Of a stretch of DNA of 64,000 bases, positions 60,016 through 64,000 are shown one piece after another; positions within the stretch are counted from its first letter, which is position 1, and every line of letters starts with the position of its first letter. Origin of the DNA: Opitutales bacterium (GTDB lineage Bacteria > Verrucomicrobiota > Verrucomicrobiia > Opitutales > UBA2987). The position numbers were made by a program, and so were the translations under genes. The stretch spans positions 352,001-416,000 of the forward strand of contig CBDDEL010000014.1 in NCBI GenBank assembly GCA_965226885.1, written 5' to 3'. The notes beneath the pieces were generated by a model. It was not told the DNA's origin. It saw only the letters and a program-made list of their open reading frames with translations, and searched no databases.

Positions 60016-61583
60016 CCCGGATATTTCATGAAGGGTAAAGTTTGGCTCGTTATTGCTATTGGGAGATGGATTTCTTTGTATTTTGAGCAGATCGTCTTGA
60101 TTTTTAGGTGTTTTTCAGGGTGTAGAGACACTGCCCCCTTTCCCCCATTGGTTCGGTAGTGCCGGGGGCAGCACCAATGCACCCTTTAGGTTGGCACCAA
60201 TCGGCGGGCCGCATGGTTGAAAAGACTGGCCCAAGGATAACTCTCACTTAGGTGAAAGTGAATCGTTCGGGTGTTGCGCACGATGACCGCTCCGATCTTG
60301 ATTAATTTGAGCCGCAGGGTGTGGCATTGGGCCCGCGCCCACTTCGTCCCTTTTAAGGCTAACCGGCGCATGGCTTCCATCAAGGTGTAGGCCAGCGCCG
60401 ACAAGAGCAATCGCCACTGATTGGCCCACCATTGATGGGCGCTGGTGCGCTCGCTGAACAATTGCATCTGTTCCTTGATTCGGTTCTCCATTTCACCGCG
60501 GCCACAGTATACCTTGTCGTAAAGCTCCTGGGGATCGCCCGGCAGGTTCGTCACCACGAAGCGCGGGTTGGACCCCTGTGCGGTGTGTTCGGCTTTATGG
60601 ATGACCAACCGCAGCCATCGCCACGAATCGGCAGCATAGACGAAGTCCTGGAATAACCGTTGTTTTTTACCCCTTAGTTCGAACCATTCTTTGGCCTGCT
60701 TTTGCAACTGCTGGGCGTCTTGCTGCAAGCGTGCATTGCGAGCCATCCCCACGATGTAACTAACTTCGTTGCGGTCGCACCAAGAGAGTATCCGGTCTCG
60801 ACAAAATCCACTGTCGGCGCGCCAAATAATCCGCGTACGGGGCCAGCTTTGGCGCATCCGTTTAACCAGCAATTTGAGGATGGCCCCGGCATGCTTGCTG
60901 GCATCGATCTTGCTCGGCCGCAGGTAGGCCACCAGCAGCTGATCACCGCAAAAAACATATAGCGGCAGAAAACAGTAATGATCATAATAACCGTGGAAAA
61001 AACGTCCCTCCTGGAGCCCGTGCACCGGATTGTCGGTGGCGTCAAAGTCCAGGATGATCTCTTCGGGTTCCTCGGCAAAGGAGCCCATGAACTGTTCGAC
61101 CAACAGCTCGTTTACCGCAAAGGCCGCCCGCCGATCCTGCCCGTTTTCAAAACGACACAAAGTCGGCGCGCTGGCCAACGTTTCAATGCGCCCCGTTACC
61201 GTTTGCAACAATGGATCGTGGCGCAGGGTATCAAAGTCGTTCAAATCCTCATAGCCCGCCACCAGCCCGTAAACGCGCTGCCGCAGCATCCCCAATACCT
61301 CATGGCGTACTTTGCCCTTCTGCCGTTTGTCCACTAACTGTCGGGCCGCTCGTTCGGTCAAGCCCAACTGCCGATCCACTTCCCGGATCAAAAGCAGTCC
61401 GGCATCCGAAGTAACCTCTCCGCCCTTGAAATCAACCCGCACACGGCGGCCTTTTACCCTTGTCAACTGTAGCTTTAATTGTTTACCTTTTGTCATCGCT
61501 GATATTGCTTTAATTATTGATCTATCCTGCTGTATATCAGCAGTTAAGCATATCAACGATACTTTTTTTACGAAATATCCGGG
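60016..61583 (-). mobile_element. IS1380 element, tandem with the previous copy (transposase 60186-61556)
   Basis: Separated from the previous copy by CTAG only. Confidence 0.95.
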
Positions 61584-61872
61584 TTAAGATGCACGCCAGT
61601 CCCGAAATTGGAAAGCTCATGCTGACCCCCGGAAAAGCTGTTCCAGACAGCATCATTGCTTCAAAGATTCTGAAAATTGATCCTGGCGAGTGGGATAAGG
61701 TAAAGGCGGTTCTATTAGAATATGGCGTTGCCTCCATCTGCCCTGCTACAGGCGCTTTAATGTGTAGTAGAATGGTTCAGGATGCGCGACATAGAGTGAA
61801 GTCCAGAGCGCATGGTAAACGCGGTGGCAACCCTACCCTTAAGCCTACCCTTAACCCCCCCTTAACCCCCAC
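61584..61872 (+). pseudogene. Fragment resembling a phage replication initiator N-terminal region
   Basis: MH....G.L....GVAS....GAL..SRMV.D....R..GKRGGNP pattern followed by short repeats; recognised from memory only. Confidence 0.5.
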
Positions 61873-63200
61873 TGACGTGTACTGGATTTGTTGGACACGG
61901 GATTCTCTTATATTCATTGTTTATTGATTAGTGTGTCAGGCGGCTTGTTTTGGTAAAGGGTTTTGTTTTCTCGTTGCCCCCCATGGGGGGCAAATATTTT
62001 CCTCGAATTGGACTGGGCTTTGGTAACTCAGAGAGGAATGTTTGCGATATCGGTTGTAGAAGATTTCCACGTATTCGAAGACAGTTGATCGCAGTTCGCG
62101 CTCGTCGGCAAAGTGGCGGCCTCGAATCGTGCTGGTCTTGAAGCGGCCGTAGAACGATTCCATGGCCGCGTTGTCGTAGCAGTTGCCTTGGGCGCTCATG
62201 CTCGGCTTCATGCCTAGTTCAGAGACCAGCCTCTGATAGTCGTCGCTGGCGTAGGGGCTGCCCCGATCGCTGTGATGAATAATCCCGGTGCGCAGTGTGC
62301 CGCGGGTCATGGCCGCGGCTTTGAGGGCCTTGCCAACCAGCTTCGCGTCGTTGTGGTTGGAAACGCTCCAGCCCAGCAGGCGTCGGCTGAACAGGTCCAT
62401 CACCGTGGCCAAGTACATCCAACCGGCCAGGGTCCGTAGGTAGGTCGTGTCCGCCACCCAGACCTCGTCGATATGGGTCGGCTGGCCATGCTTTTTAAGC
62501 ACATTGGGGCTGTAACCATAGGGATGGTTACTGTTGGTTTTTAATGGCTTAAAGCGTTTACTCTGGGTGCTTTTGATTCCCATTTCACGCATCAGACGCA
62601 GAGCCCGGTCACGGCCGCAATCGATGCCCTCATCATCCTTCAGATGGCGGTGCATTGGCCGATGCCCATAGCGGCCCTTGGCCTCTTTGTGTACCTTCAG
62701 GATCGCCCCCTTGATTCCCTCGTCCTCGATCCGCCGGGCCGAGGGCGCTCGGTGCCTCCAGCAGTAATAGCCACTGCGACAAATCCCCATCGCCGAGCAT
62801 ATTTCCTCGATCTTGAAGCGCCCCTCGTTGTCTTTGACAAACTGGTACTTCATTGTTCGTCCTTGGCAAAGTAGCCCACCGTTTTTTTTAGTATCTGGTT
62901 GATCCGCTCCGAGCGGCGCAGCTCTTTGCGAAGACGATCTATCTCGGCCGCCATCTCCTTCGGACTGCTCTGTCGCTTTGAGGTGGCTTCGCCCTGCTGA
63001 TCGTCCAGATAGAGCCTCTTCCACCTATACAATTGGTTGGTGTTGACCCCAAGTTTGGTCGATACCTCGGTGGCGCTCAGACCATCGAGTATCATCAGTT
63101 GAACTGCCTCATTTTTGAACTCTATACTAAAGCGTCTTCTTCCCATGCTTCGATTCTCCATTTAGGAGAATCTCGTGTCCACTTTTTCCAGTGCACATCA
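61873..63200 (-). mobile_element. IS3 type A copy 3, no TSD
   Basis: Same as 1958-3285. Confidence 0.95.
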
Positions 63201-63361
63201 CCTCGGCCTATGACGGCTTGCCGTTTACCCATGAGTCGGTCCCGGCACAGTGTCTCCGAGTACGTCAAAGACATGGCCCACACCAATGGAGTGGAGTCAT
63301 TTTAGGCCCCGTTGAAACGGGCGCACAAAGGGACGTTCCACAAGCTGTCACCTAAACACCT
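63201..63361 (+). pseudogene. IS1595-family transposase fragment
   Basis: HSVSEYV...HTNGVESF*..LKRAHKGTFHKLSPKHL with an internal stop. Confidence 0.78.
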
Positions 63362-64000
63362 GGCATTGTCAGAGAAAACCAGGCTTGATTCGGCGGGATG
63401 CGTCTTGAAAGTGTCTTTGGATGAAGAGCCCCTTTCGCTATTTCAAGACTTCGCCCGAAATCATCCGCCTTGCGGTGATGATATATGTGCGCTTCCCACT
63501 GTCGCTACGCAATGTCGAGGACCTTCTCCACGAGCGCGGGATCGAGGTGAGCCACGATCCGATCCGGTTCTGGTGGAACCGTTTTGGCCCGATCTTTGCC
63601 GCCGAGATCCGCAAGAAGCGGAAGGGTCGAATACGCGCGTTGTTGGGTTGGCGGTGGCACCTCGATGAGGTGTTCGTGAAAATCAATGGCGAACGCCATT
63701 ACCTGTGGCGTGCCGTGGACCAGGAAGGCGAGATGCTGGAGGCCTTTGTCTCGAAGAAGAGAGATCGCAAGGCCGCCTTGAAATTCCTCAGGAAACTGAT
63801 GAAGCGCTACCCTCGACCGGATGCGATCATCACGGATCGGCTAAGGTCTTACCGCGCGGCATTGCGTGAACTGGGCGGAAGCGGTCGGCATCAAGCTGGC
63901 CGCTGGCTGAACAATCGTGCGGAGAATTCCCACCTGCCGTTCCGGCGACGAGAACACGCGATGCTCCGTTTCAGGCGGATGCGAAGCCTCCAGAAATTTG
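63362..64000 (+). mobile_element. IS6-family element, runs off the window (transposase from 63421)
   Basis: GGCATTGTC end; FPLSLRNVEDLLHERGI, WHLDEVFVKING...YLWRAVD, ITDRL, LNNRAENSH. Confidence 0.92.

Overview
Bacterial chromosomal window undergoing a large, recent insertion-sequence (IS) expansion. By my manual count there are about 30 IS copies or fragments (IS1380, two IS3 types, IS21, IS630, two IS1 types, an IS5-like element, IS1595, IS6), covering roughly half of the 64 kb. Many are nested or have lost their target-site duplications (TSDs). A nearly intact housekeeping block (tRNA-Glu, rpmH-rnpA-yidD-yidC-yebC, SDR, nupC-like, yhbY-like, alaS, leuB, MBL hydrolase, ribD, rdgB; about 24.6-42.7 kb) lies between shattered accessory regions. 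Removing each IS plus one TSD copy restores several genes in frame: a class III adenylate cyclase-STAND ATPase-TPR protein followed by two stand-alone paralogs of its TPR module (best candidate for an undescribed system), a secreted Kelch protein whose N-terminus is copied from the neighbouring TPR gene, a PhyH-family dioxygenase and a small exported protein. Short tandem duplications and microhomology deletions recur. Housekeeping proteins look Verrucomicrobiota-like to me, but this is an unverified impression. Family assignments come from motif recognition only; no database search was run.
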